From Solirubrobacteraceae bacterium (GTDB lineage Bacteria; Actinomycetota; Thermoleophilia; Solirubrobacterales; Solirubrobacteraceae): a stretch of DNA of 64,000 nucleotides. Position 1 is the first letter of the stretch. Every line of letters begins with the position of its first letter. Positions 44,298-53,988 of the stretch are shown here, one piece after another. The position numbers were made by a program, and so were the translations under genes. Location of the stretch: the NCBI GenBank assembly GCA_049584155.1, contig JBAUXH010000113.1, positions 1,918 to 65,917 of the forward strand, given 5' to 3'. Below the pieces are notes generated by a model, which saw only the letters and a program-made list of their open reading frames with translations, was not told the origin of the DNA and did not search any database.

Positions 44298-46535
44298 CTA
44301 TGCGGGGATCGGCTCGAGCGTATCGGCGCCGAACGCCCGCTCCAGCGCATCACCCAGAAGCGCATGCTCTGGTTCGTGCAACTGCGGATCAGCGGCCACG
44401 ATCGCCTCCGCGCGCGAGCGTGCGCGCTCCAACAGCTCCGCATCCTCTGGCAAACACGCAATTCGATGCTGACCAATCCCGGACTGCCTAATGCCGATCA
44501 ACTCGCCCTCGCTGCGCAGTCGCAGATCGATCTCAGCCAGCTCGAACCCGTCGGCGTGCCGTTGCAACGCTCTCAGTCTCGCGGCCCCCGCTGGCCCCAT
44601 AAGCAGGCACGAAGAACGATGTTCTCCACGGCCAACCCGCCCGCGCAGCTGGTGCAGCTGAGAGATCCCGAACCGCTCGGCGTTCTCGATCAGCATCACG
44701 GTCGCGTTCGGCACGTCGATCCCGACCTCGATCACGGTCGTCGCAACGAGCACGTCTGCCGCGCCCGAGGCGAACTGGTCCATCGCATGCGCCTTCTCGC
44801 GCGGCTTCATACCGCCATGCAACAGCACGAGGCGATGATCTTTCAACTCGCCCTTGCGCAGCCGCTCCAACTCCGCGGTCGCCGTCCGCAGATCCGATTG
44901 TGCGCCCGCGCCTGCCTCGCCATCCTCGACCTGCTCGATCAGCGGACACACGACATACGCCTGCCGGCCCGCGCGCAACTGCTCGCGCAACTGCTCGTAG
45001 GCCCGCTGACGCTCAGACTCGCCGGAGACGATCCGGGTCTCGATCGGTTGCCTACCCCGAGGTAGCTCGCGCAGCATCGTCGTGTCCAAATCGCCGTAGT
45101 TCGCCAGAGCGAGCGTGCGCGGAATCGGTGTCGCCGTCATGTGCAGCACGTGCGGGGCGCTCCGCTGTCCGTTCGCTCCCACACCCGCTTTGGCGTCCAG
45201 CGCGGCGCGCTGGCGCACGCCGAAGCGGTGCTGCTCGTCCACGACCGCGAGTGCGAGCGCCCGGAACTCGACGTCGGGCTCGATCAACGCGTGCGTGCCC
45301 ACGATCAGCGACAGCTCACCGCCGGCCAGCTTGCCGAGCGTATCCGCGCGTCTGCGAGCCGGCGTTGAGCCCGTCAGCAGTGCGCACGTCACATTCGCCT
45401 GCTCACTTCCCAGCAGCTGCTGCAACGTGGCGAAATGCTGCTCGGCGAGAGTCTCAGTCGGAGCCATCAGCGCCGCCTGCATCCCGTGCTCGACCGCGCG
45501 CAGCAGCGCCCATACCGCCACCACTGTCTTGCCACTCCCCACCTCCCCCAGCAGCAGCCGCTGCATCGCCCGCTCCTGCGCAAGGTCCCCCTCGATCGTC
45601 GCGATCGCCCGGCGTTGATCGCCCGTCAACACGAACGGCAACTCATTTTCCAGCCACCGCTCGCTCAGAGCGGGTGCGTGGTCTAGCGCCGGGGCGCCCC
45701 CGCCAAACCGGCGCCGGGCACGGCGGCGCAGGAACACAAGCTGGGTCAACAGCAACTCCTCAAACGCAAGCCGTTCGCGCCCGGCCTCGCGATCTTCGGG
45801 GGTGCGTGCGAAGTGCATCGCCGCCAGCGCGCCGGCCCGGTCGGGCAGTCCCTCTGACACGCGGGCGCCGCCACCAAGCGCCTCCGTCACGTCCGCAAAC
45901 GCATCCCTGCAGCCGCGCACGAGCGTCAGGATCTGCGTCGAGCTGACGCCGTCCGTCGCCGGATAGTGGGCGACGATCTCCCCCGGCGCGCCGCTCTCGC
46001 CCACGCCGAGATCGGCGCCGAGGTCCGAACCAACCGCGTGGTGGGCGACATTGAACGTGCCACGCGCCGTCGTCTTTCCATGCAGCACCAGACGCGTGCC
46101 GGGTTTGTAGCGTTGGGCCAGCCACGGCTGGTTAAAGAACGTCGCGCGCATCGTGCCCGTCTCGTCGAACACGCTCGCTTCGACCAGCGGCTTCATCCCC
46201 CGCCGCCTCACCGGCCGTGCGGCGATCGTGCGCACCTGCACGGCTACCGTGGCCGCCTCGCCTCCCTTCAGGCCGCCGACGGTACGCGCGTCCCGACTAT
46301 CTCTGGGCAAGTGCTCGAGCAGCGCTCCGACATTCCTCAGCCCAAGCGCATGCAACCCGTCGGCCATCTTGCCGGGCGTAACCTCTAGCGCGTCCTCCAG
46401 GCGCGAGGGTCTCGGCCAGTGCACCGGGGCGAGGAGCAACTCCTCCCACGTCAAGCCCTCGGTCGATGCGAACGCCCGCAGGACGTCCGATCGATCGGAC
46501 GGTGGTTTGTGATTGGCCGCGGCAACTAGGGACAT
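44298..46535 (-). CDS. recG: ATP-dependent DNA helicase RecG
   Basis: The start was moved to ATG 46535. Wedge/OB N-terminus, GEVGSGKT, DEQHRFG, and a helicase C-terminal block QLHQLRGRVGRG. Confidence 0.95.
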   Translation of the reverse strand: MSLVAAANHKPPSDRSDVLRAFASTEGLTWEELLLAPVHWPRPSRLEDALEVTPGKMADGLHALGLRNVGALLEHLPRDSRDARTVGGLKGGEAATVAVQVRTIAARPVRRRGMKPLVEASVFDETGTMRATFFNQPWLAQRYKPGTRLVLHGKTTARGTFNVAHHAVGSDLGADLGVGESGAPGEIVAHYPATDGVSSTQILTLVRGCRDAFADVTEALGGGARVSEGLPDRAGALAAMHFARTPEDREAGRERLAFEELLLTQLVFLRRRARRRFGGGAPALDHAPALSERWLENELPFVLTGDQRRAIATIEGDLAQERAMQRLLLGEVGSGKTVVAVWALLRAVEHGMQAALMAPTETLAEQHFATLQQLLGSEQANVTCALLTGSTPARRRADTLGKLAGGELSLIVGTHALIEPDVEFRALALAVVDEQHRFGVRQRAALDAKAGVGANGQRSAPHVLHMTATPIPRTLALANYGDLDTTMLRELPRGRQPIETRIVSGESERQRAYEQLREQLRAGRQAYVVCPLIEQVEDGEAGAGAQSDLRTATAELERLRKGELKDHRLVLLHGGMKPREKAHAMDQFASGAADVLVATTVIEVGIDVPNATVMLIENAERFGISQLHQLRGRVGRGEHRSSCLLMGPAGAARLRALQRHADGFELAEIDLRLRSEGELIGIRQSGIGQHRIACLPEDAELLERARSRAEAIVAADPQLHEPEHALLGDALERAFGADTLEPIPA

Positions 46536-46596
46536 CCGCAACCCTGCATGATGGCGAGCGTCGCGGTCGTCAGGGTCAAGGTCGCACGCCGAGGCG

Positions 46597-48363
46597 CTAC
46601 TCAGCCGCCAGCAGCCACCAGTACGCATGCTGGCCACCGTCGCGCAACTCCAACTCGGCGTCGCCATTGACCATCATCGCTTCGATCTCCGCCGGCGAAA
46701 GCGGAGCGTCCTCACCCGCCAGACAACTAATCAGCTCCGCCTCCTCGGCAAGACTCGTCATCACTGCACCGAGCGTCTGCGCGGGATCGCCCCACGCATA
46801 GACCTCCTCGGCGAGAAATCCGACCGCCTCACCGCGCTTGAACCGGCCCTGAGCGTCGTCGCGGGCAGCAGGCGCGACCGCGCCCGTACGCACATGCTCG
46901 AGCGCCTGCACGAATGCCTGAGCGTTCTCCTGCACGCCGCGGTTGGCCTCCAATGCGACCGCCGCCACGAGCCCCGCCTGCTGGCCCGCCGCGGGGGCGA
47001 CGAGCACTTGCTTGTCCGACAGCTCCGCCGCACGCTCGGCGGCCATCGTCACGTTGGGACTGCTCGGCAACACCAACACCTCCTCGGCCGGAACCTCGTG
47101 AATCGCCGCGAGCAGCTCATACGTGGAGGGGTTCATCGTCGGTCCGCCATCGATCGTGCACACGCCCATCTCGCCGAACATGCCGGCCAGCCCCTCGCCA
47201 CTGACGACCGCCAAGACGCCGCAGCGCGCTCGAGGCCTCGCCGTGTCGTGCAGACCGGCGGACGATGCGCCATTCGGAGTACTCGCGCTCAGCATACGCT
47301 CGTCGCGCTCGGCGACCTGCAGGCGCATGTCGGCGATATCCAGTCTCGATATCTCCCCCACCTGCGCGAACACCGCGGTTGCGCGCTCAGGCTCGTCGGT
47401 ATGCAGGTGCACCTTCAGCGTGCTCTCATCGCCGACCACCAGTACCGAATCGCCCAGCGCCTCCAGCGGCTCGACGAACGAGCCCGCGCTCAGCCCGCTG
47501 CCGGTGACAGCGAAGTTCGTGCAGAACCGATATGTGCCGGAGACGTGCTGGGGATGGGTGATCTGGGCCGGTGCGTAGTGATCGAGATCGGGCGCCTCCT
47601 CACCGCGCAACGCCGCCACCACACCCGCAAAAATGATCGTCAGCCCGTACCCGCCGGCGTCGACCACGCCGGCCTCCCGCAGCGCCGCCAACAGCTCCGG
47701 GCTGCGCTTGACGGACTCCTGCCCGGTCGCCACCGCGCGTTCCAGTGCGTCGGCGATCGCGATGTCCTGCGTGCCCGGATCGGTCGTAGGTCCCAGGCGC
47801 GTGTCCTGTGGGCTGTGCGCGACGTCGGTCATGATCTTGTATGCCATCTCGCGCGCGACCGTCAGGATCGTGCCCTCAGCCGGCTCGCGCACCGACGCGT
47901 AAGCTCGATCCGCCGCATTTGCCAGTGCCGCGCCGATCAACGTCGCGTCGATCAATTGGCCGGGACGCGAGACGAGCTCCTCGGCCGCACCGCGAATCAG
48001 CTGCGACAGGATCACGCCCGAGTTGCCCCGCGCGCCCAGCAGCGCGGCGCGAGCGACCGACTGCACGATCTCCTCGCGTCCGATCTCATCGATCGTGCGC
48101 TCATGACCATTCGTCCCCTGCAGGCGGTCGAGCTCGTCCAGCACCGCGCGCAAAGTCAGCGCCATGTTGTCGCCCGTATCTCCGTCGGCGACCGGAAACA
48201 CGTTGAGGTCGTTCACCTCCTCGCGGCGGGACTCCAAATGCGCCAGCGCTCCTGCTACCGCCGCGCGAAAACGAACCAGGTTGGTGTCGCTCACTGCGTT
48301 AGGTCTTATCACGTCGCTCGGAGATCGGGCTGTGCGAGTGCCCCGGTGACGACATATCTCCAA
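46597..48363 (-). CDS. DAK2-domain fusion protein (YloV family)
   Basis: LNVFPVADGDTGDNM...GARGNSGVILSQ. TTG 48363 is the track start, with GTG 48294 as an alternative. Confidence 0.9.
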   Translation of the reverse strand: MEICRHRGTRTARSPSDVIRPNAVSDTNLVRFRAAVAGALAHLESRREEVNDLNVFPVADGDTGDNMALTLRAVLDELDRLQGTNGHERTIDEIGREEIVQSVARAALLGARGNSGVILSQLIRGAAEELVSRPGQLIDATLIGAALANAADRAYASVREPAEGTILTVAREMAYKIMTDVAHSPQDTRLGPTTDPGTQDIAIADALERAVATGQESVKRSPELLAALREAGVVDAGGYGLTIIFAGVVAALRGEEAPDLDHYAPAQITHPQHVSGTYRFCTNFAVTGSGLSAGSFVEPLEALGDSVLVVGDESTLKVHLHTDEPERATAVFAQVGEISRLDIADMRLQVAERDERMLSASTPNGASSAGLHDTARPRARCGVLAVVSGEGLAGMFGEMGVCTIDGGPTMNPSTYELLAAIHEVPAEEVLVLPSSPNVTMAAERAAELSDKQVLVAPAAGQQAGLVAAVALEANRGVQENAQAFVQALEHVRTGAVAPAARDDAQGRFKRGEAVGFLAEEVYAWGDPAQTLGAVMTSLAEEAELISCLAGEDAPLSPAEIEAMMVNGDAELELRDGGQHAYWWLLAAE

Positions 48364-48442
48364 CCCATCCCGCTCACACGACCATCACACGGACCGCCGA
48401 ACGCGAGGTCTCCGGGTCGCGCTCGCGGGTGATCCCGCGGCC

Positions 48443-48634
48443 TCAGGCGGCCTTGGTGACCTTGCCGGCTTTCAGACAGCGGGTGCACACATACACTCGC
48501 CGCGGCGCCTTGCCGACGAGGATCCGCACCTTCTGCAGGTTCGGGTCGAAGCGGCGCTTAGTGGCGACCATCGAGTGGCTGCGACTCTGCCCGAACGCCG
48601 GACCCTTGCCGCAACTGTGACATACCTTTGCCAT
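48443..48634 (-). CDS. rpmB: 50S ribosomal protein L28
   Basis: The start was moved to ATG 48634. MAKVCHSCGKGPAFGQSRSHSMVATKRRFDPNLQKVR. Confidence 0.93.
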   Translation of the reverse strand: MAKVCHSCGKGPAFGQSRSHSMVATKRRFDPNLQKVRILVGKAPRRVYVCTRCLKAGKVTKAA

Positions 48635-48663
48635 CGCGTCCGGCAGTTTAGCCGCTCGACCGT

Positions 48664-49101
48664 TCAACCGCCGAGCAGCTCGGCGCGCAGCCCCGCCATC
48701 GCCAGCACGGCCTCAGCGGCGTGGCGTCCCTGATCTCGCTTGTCCCCACCGGCGCGCGCGAGCGCCTGCTCCATCGTCTCGCAGGTCAACACGCCGAACG
48801 CACACGGTACGCCGGTGTCGAGCCCGACCTGCATAACCCCCCGCGCGGTCTCGGCGCAGACGAAGTCGTAGTGGTCGGTCTCGCCCTTGATCACAGCGCC
48901 CAGGCACGCGACTCCGTCGTAGCGACCCGACTCGGCGGCGTACTGTGCGGCCAGCGGAAGCTCGTAGGCGCCCGGCACGTCGAACACCGCGACATCCTCG
49001 TGCCCGGCCTGCGCGAACGTCTCGCGCGCGCCGCTTACCAGGCGTGCGGCGAGGTCCTCGTAGAAGCGACCGACGACGATCGCATAGGTCGAGGCGCTCA
49101 C
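48664..49101 (-). CDS. ribH: 6,7-dimethyl-8-ribityllumazine synthase
   Basis: VPGAYELP...LGAVIKGETDHYDFV. Confidence 0.96.
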   Translation of the reverse strand: MSASTYAIVVGRFYEDLAARLVSGARETFAQAGHEDVAVFDVPGAYELPLAAQYAAESGRYDGVACLGAVIKGETDHYDFVCAETARGVMQVGLDTGVPCAFGVLTCETMEQALARAGGDKRDQGRHAAEAVLAMAGLRAELLGG

Positions 49102-50420
49102 TGCTCGCGATCTCCCTCGACGATGCCATGGCTACGCTCGGAATGCAGCATCTCAGCGTCGAGGTTCAACCCCTGGTGATGCAGCGTGTGGCCCATCCGC
49201 TGAGCCTTCGTGCGCATGTACTCCTCGTTATGCGGGTTCGGCGCGTGCTCGATCGGGACCTGCGCGCTGACCGACAACCCATAGCCCTCCAAACCCTTGA
49301 TCTTCTTGGGGTTGTTCGTGAGGATGCGAATCGAGGACAGGCCCAGGTCGGCGAGGATCTGGGCGCCGATCCCGTAGTCGCGCAGATCGGCGGGCAGCCC
49401 AAGCTGGAGGTTGGCTTCGACGGTATCCAGGCCATTCTCCTGTAGGCGGTAGGCCTTGAGCTTGTTCAGCAGGCCGATCCCGCGCCCCTCCTGGGCCAGA
49501 TACAGCAGCACCCCCTCGCCCTCTGCCTCGATCATCGCCAGCGCCGACTCCAGCTGCTCGCCGCAGTCGCAGCGCAGCGAGTGGAACACGTCGCCGGTGA
49601 GGCACTCCGAGTGCACACGCACGAGCACGTCCTCCTGACCGGAGACCTCGCCCTTGACGAGCGCCACGTGATGCTTCTCGTCGACGAGTGAGCGGTAGCC
49701 GACGACTTCGAACTCGCCGTGCGCGGTCGGCAGGTGCGCGGAGGCGACGCGTTCGACGAGCTTGTCGTGACGGCGACGGTAGGCGATCAGATCGGCGATC
49801 GTGATCATCTTCAGTCCGTGTCGCGCGCAGTAGTCGGCGAGGTCGCCGACCCGCGCCATCGTGCCGTCGTCATTCATCACCTCGCAGATCACCCCCGCGG
49901 GATTCAGGCCCGCCAGGCGCGCCAGGTCGACCGCCGCCTCGGTCTGGCCGGTGCGCTCCAGCACGCCGCCCGAGCGGGACTTCAGCGGAAAGATGTGCCC
50001 GGGCTGCACGAGATCGCGCGGATGGGTTTTCGGGTCGATCGCGACCTGGATGGTGCGTGCGCGATCGTGCGCGGAGATACCCGTGGTCACTCCCTCGCGC
50101 GCCTCGATCGACACCGTGAACGGTGTCTCAAAGGACGATTCGTTCTTCGCCGCCATCAGCTCCAGCCCCAACTCCTCACAGCGCTCGGGGGTTAGCGACA
50201 GGCAGATCAACCCACGCCCCTCCTTAGCCATGAAGTTGATCGCCTCGGGGGTCGCGAACTGCGCAGCGAGCGTCAGGTCGCCCTCGTTCTCGCGGTGCTC
50301 GTCGTCACACACGACCACCATCCGTCCCGCCCGGATCTCCTCCAAGGCTTCCTCGATCGTGGCGAACGGGGTTGCGCTCGCTTCAGGCTGGTCGGTTGTA
50401 GTGGTCTTAGGTCTGCTCAT
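49098..50420 (-). CDS. ribBA: bifunctional 3,4-dihydroxy-2-butanone-4-phosphate synthase / GTP cyclohydrolase II
   Basis: DDEHRENEGDL... (DHBP synthase) and VRVHSECLTGDVFHSLRCDCG...EGRGIGLLNK (GCH II). Confidence 0.96.
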   Translation of the reverse strand: MSRPKTTTTDQPEASATPFATIEEALEEIRAGRMVVVCDDEHRENEGDLTLAAQFATPEAINFMAKEGRGLICLSLTPERCEELGLELMAAKNESSFETPFTVSIEAREGVTTGISAHDRARTIQVAIDPKTHPRDLVQPGHIFPLKSRSGGVLERTGQTEAAVDLARLAGLNPAGVICEVMNDDGTMARVGDLADYCARHGLKMITIADLIAYRRRHDKLVERVASAHLPTAHGEFEVVGYRSLVDEKHHVALVKGEVSGQEDVLVRVHSECLTGDVFHSLRCDCGEQLESALAMIEAEGEGVLLYLAQEGRGIGLLNKLKAYRLQENGLDTVEANLQLGLPADLRDYGIGAQILADLGLSSIRILTNNPKKIKGLEGYGLSVSAQVPIEHAPNPHNEEYMRTKAQRMGHTLHHQGLNLDAEMLHSERSHGIVEGDREQ

Positions 50421-51007
50421 GCGTGCGCCTCCAATAGTCGCTCAACATGCTTTGCCAGCACATCGACCTCCAGGTTGACCCGCTCCCCAACGGCCATGCT
50501 TCCCAGGTTGGTACGCCTGAGCGTCTCCGGTATCAGGGAGACCTCAAAACCATCCTCGCGCAATCCGCTTACCGTAAGGCTGACACCGTTCACTGCGACA
50601 GACCCCTTCTCCACGAGATAGCGCACCGCACCAGGGTCGGTGTCGATCTTGAGCACGCGGGCGATGCCCTCCTCGCGGATCTCACTCACGAGTCCTGTGC
50701 CATCGACATGCCCTTGCACGACATGTCCACCGAGACGCCCGTCGGCGCGCAACGCAAGCTCGAGATTGACCAGTGCCCCGGGCTCCAGCGCACCGAGCGC
50801 CGAGCGGCGCAGCGTCTCGGCCATCGCCTCTGCCGCGAATCCCCCGTCGCGAATGTCGATAGCGGTCAGGCATACACCGTCGACGGCGACCGAATCGCCC
50901 TGCTCGAGCTCGCTCGCGAGGCGTGTCCCGATACGCAACCTCGCGCCCTCCGCGCTGCGCTCGAGCGCCGTCACACTGCCAAGATCCTCGATCAGGCCGG
51001 TGAACAT
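50417..51007 (-). CDS. ribE: riboflavin synthase alpha chain
   Basis: MFTGLIEDLG...GDSVAVDGVCLT...GSVAVNGVSLT. Confidence 0.95.
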   Translation of the reverse strand: MFTGLIEDLGSVTALERSAEGARLRIGTRLASELEQGDSVAVDGVCLTAIDIRDGGFAAEAMAETLRRSALGALEPGALVNLELALRADGRLGGHVVQGHVDGTGLVSEIREEGIARVLKIDTDPGAVRYLVEKGSVAVNGVSLTVSGLREDGFEVSLIPETLRRTNLGSMAVGERVNLEVDVLAKHVERLLEAHA

Positions 51008-51049
51008 GCCCTCTTCCTAGTCTCTGACCACTGGCGAGCGCCCATCAGC

Positions 51050-52186
51050 TCACCACTCGCGCAATCTGGCGCTGATCAAAAGATCCTCGCCGACACGCTC
51101 GCATTCGCACGTCAGGGCACGCAATGCCTCAGAGATCTGCTCGACGCCCTTGCCCTCTAGCGGATCGCGAGCAGTACTCCCGCCGAGCAGCAGCGGCGCG
51201 AGGAACAGGCGGATTTCGTCGATCTCGCCCGCGTCCAGGAACGCGCCTGCCAAGTGTGGACCTCCCTCGAGTAGCGCCGATCCGACGCCGATCGCCCCGA
51301 GCTGATCCAGCGCCGAGCGTACCCGCGCGGGCTCGTTCTCGCCGGTTGCGACGAGCACCTGCACACCAGCGGCCTCCAGTGCGTCCGTGTCAGCGCGGGC
51401 GGCAGCGCGGGAGACGACGACCGTGAGCGGTATCTCGAGCGCTGCCGACACTAGCTGCGAGCCGGGTGAGAGCCGCGCGAGCGAGTCGAACACAACGCGT
51501 CGAGGTTGGGATCGCTCGAGCTCGTCGGTGATGCCGTCCGGGCGGGCGGTCAGCCGCGGGTCATCGGCCAGCGCAGTGCCGATTCCGACGACCACCGCAT
51601 CGACCGAGGCGCGCCACTGATGAGCGAGCTCGCGGCTGCTCTCGCCGCTGATCCATTGCGAGTCGCCCGTGCGCGTGGCGACCTTGCCGTCGAGCGTCAT
51701 TGCGGACTTGAACAGCACCCACGGCCGCCCAACACGTGCGTGCTTACGAAACGCTTGGTTGAGCAACCGCGCGCCGGTAGCCAGCTCGCCATCGGCGAGT
51801 AAGACCTCGACGCCCTCGTCGCGTAGGATCCCCAACCCTCGTCCCGAGGCCTTCTCGGTCGGATCGTCCGAGCCGACCACCACACGCCTGATCCCCGACT
51901 GCACGATCGCGTCGGTGCACGGCGGTGTCTTGCCCTCGTGGCAGCACGGTTCCAGCGACACGTACAGCGTCGCGCCGCTCAGGTCAGCCAGACCGCACGC
52001 CTCAATCGCGTTGACCTCGGCATGCGCTGCGCCGAACCGTTCGTGCCAGCCCTCGCCGAGCACCTCCCCCTCACGGGCGACCACCGCACCGACCACAGGG
52101 TTCGGCTTGACCACGCCGGCGCCGTTGCGTGCCAGCTCGATCGCGCGCGCCAGGTGCTCCGAGTCGGTGTCCGTACTGATCATCAT
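51050..52186 (-). CDS. ribD: bifunctional riboflavin biosynthesis deaminase/reductase RibD
   Basis: PNPVVGAVV...HAEVNAI...TLYVSLEPCCHEGKTPPC, then the reductase half. ATG 52186/52183 is preferred over the track GTG at 52222. Confidence 0.93.
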   Translation of the reverse strand: MMISTDTDSEHLARAIELARNGAGVVKPNPVVGAVVAREGEVLGEGWHERFGAAHAEVNAIEACGLADLSGATLYVSLEPCCHEGKTPPCTDAIVQSGIRRVVVGSDDPTEKASGRGLGILRDEGVEVLLADGELATGARLLNQAFRKHARVGRPWVLFKSAMTLDGKVATRTGDSQWISGESSRELAHQWRASVDAVVVGIGTALADDPRLTARPDGITDELERSQPRRVVFDSLARLSPGSQLVSAALEIPLTVVVSRAAARADTDALEAAGVQVLVATGENEPARVRSALDQLGAIGVGSALLEGGPHLAGAFLDAGEIDEIRLFLAPLLLGGSTARDPLEGKGVEQISEALRALTCECERVGEDLLISARLREW

Positions 52187-52209
52187 CTGTGCATCCAGGA
52201 TAACCCCGC

Positions 52210-53988
52210 TCAGCTGCGGCACCGGCCGCCGTGCAAGCGATAGACCGTCATCAGCGGCCCAGGGCGGTGGTAGGCGAGGGGGTAGTAATCGAAGCTCCAG
52301 TCAAAATCGAATGCGACCGGGCTCTGCCCAGACGCATACGGCGAGGAGCGATAGACGACCTCTCCCCTCCGCGCCAGCGCTCGGTAGTAGGCAATCGCAC
52401 GGGGCACTGCGCCAGGGTCCGCAAACGCGCGCCCAGACTCGGTCGAACCGCTCACGACCCAGCAATAGCCGTGCGCTTGGTAGTAGTCGATCAATGCCGG
52501 GGCGAGCGTACGCTCGTAATCCTCGATGCCGACCTTCGCGGTCGCCGTCGATTCCAGCGCGCCCGTCGGTGAGACACGCGAGATCAACGACGGATACTTG
52601 TTCCAGCGCGTCCCCCACCCGTTGGGCGCCACGGGCTCGACCACGATCGGCGCCCCGGCCGGGATGTGCGCGAGCATCCAGGCGCGCGTCAGGTTGCGCG
52701 TGTCCGCGCGTGCAAGAGTCCTGCCCGCATGGACGCTGTATACGAGACCCTGTGCCAGCAGCACCGCGACCAGCAGCGTCGTAGCCGCGACGCGCATGCG
52801 TGGACTGCGGCGAGCGATCGCGTCCACTAGCTGCACCGCGGACAGCGCCGCAAGCAGGCACAGGATCGGAAAGATCGGCAGCAGCCAGCGACCGAAATAG
52901 CGCCCCTGCAGACCCATGAACGCCAGATACAGGAGCGGAGCAGGCACGAGCACCCAACCGAGCGCCCGCTCGCGCCACCAAACGCTCAGTGCGCCTACCA
53001 ACGCCGCCAGTGCGGGCGCCCAACCGAGGCCCCACGTGAGCGTCCACAGGTAGTAGGCCAGCCCACCGTCGTGAGGGGCGCCGAGCTTGCCCTGGGCTTC
53101 GGCCGAGAGCGTTGACTGATGCACCAGTTCGGAGTGAAACTCCGAGTAGTCGAGGATCGCGTAGGGGTTCGCGATCAGGAACCCGACAAGCGCTGCGACA
53201 CCCGCGAGCGCGAGCCCGGTGAGCACGCGCCGGGCGGCGTTCGGCTGCGCTTGCAGATAGCTCGCGGCGCTCGCCGCGAGCAGCGGAAGCAGGACGATGC
53301 CGGCCGTGTACTTGCTCGCGCACGCCAGGCCCAGCCCGATCCCCGCCAGCAGGTAGTCGCGCGCGCGGCCTTTGCGCACCACTCCCGCGCTCCCCAGCAA
53401 AGACAGCGTCAACGGCGCCAGCGTGGGCACGTCGTTAAGCGCCAGGTGCGCGTAGAACACCGGCAGGAAAGCGACCCCCTCGATGGCCGCCGCGAGTAGC
53501 CCGACGCCACGACCGAACAGGCGCGCCCCGGTCACGTACAGCAACCACAGCGCCAGCGTGCCGAGTAGGGCCGCTACCACTCGCGCGAGCGTGTACACGT
53601 CCGCCGGATGCGTCGCGATCGCCTGCTGGATGCCGGTCGTCCCGCCGTAGGCGATGGCGAACACGTAGTGCAGCAGGTAGGTGTAGGCGGGCGGGTTGGC
53701 GAAGTAGTGCGGGTTCAGGCTGTGCCCGAACATCGCGATCGCGTGCGGCACGAAATGATCGGCCTCATCTGCGTTGTAGGCGTAGGGCAACCCCTGCCGA
53801 ACACCCCACAACCGCAACCCGAGTCCACCCGCAAGCACGAGTGCCAACCCGGCCCACGCCCAGCGGCGTGAGCCGCCGCTCTCGGTCCCGCCGGCCTTGC
53901 CAGGGCCCTCGCCGGGAACGACGCTAGCGGCGGACGAGCACCCGCCCGCGCCGCCGTACGCCGCCTGTGAGCCCTCAGCAGTTGTCAT
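52210..53988 (-). CDS. GT-C fold membrane glycosyltransferase (family 39 / ArnT-PMT-like)
   Basis: 592 aa and polytopic. An acidic first-loop motif YNADEADHF and a large C-terminal soluble domain are present. Confidence 0.85.
   Translation of the reverse strand: MTTAEGSQAAYGGAGGCSSAASVVPGEGPGKAGGTESGGSRRWAWAGLALVLAGGLGLRLWGVRQGLPYAYNADEADHFVPHAIAMFGHSLNPHYFANPPAYTYLLHYVFAIAYGGTTGIQQAIATHPADVYTLARVVAALLGTLALWLLYVTGARLFGRGVGLLAAAIEGVAFLPVFYAHLALNDVPTLAPLTLSLLGSAGVVRKGRARDYLLAGIGLGLACASKYTAGIVLLPLLAASAASYLQAQPNAARRVLTGLALAGVAALVGFLIANPYAILDYSEFHSELVHQSTLSAEAQGKLGAPHDGGLAYYLWTLTWGLGWAPALAALVGALSVWWRERALGWVLVPAPLLYLAFMGLQGRYFGRWLLPIFPILCLLAALSAVQLVDAIARRSPRMRVAATTLLVAVLLAQGLVYSVHAGRTLARADTRNLTRAWMLAHIPAGAPIVVEPVAPNGWGTRWNKYPSLISRVSPTGALESTATAKVGIEDYERTLAPALIDYYQAHGYCWVVSGSTESGRAFADPGAVPRAIAYYRALARRGEVVYRSSPYASGQSPVAFDFDWSFDYYPLAYHRPGPLMTVYRLHGGRCRS

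Noticed and set aside
52187-52450. FMN riboswitch upstream of ribD
   Set aside because: I looked for RFN-like conserved blocks. Only a chance CCTGGATG resemblance was found, and the region is the coding 3' end of the GT39-like gene.
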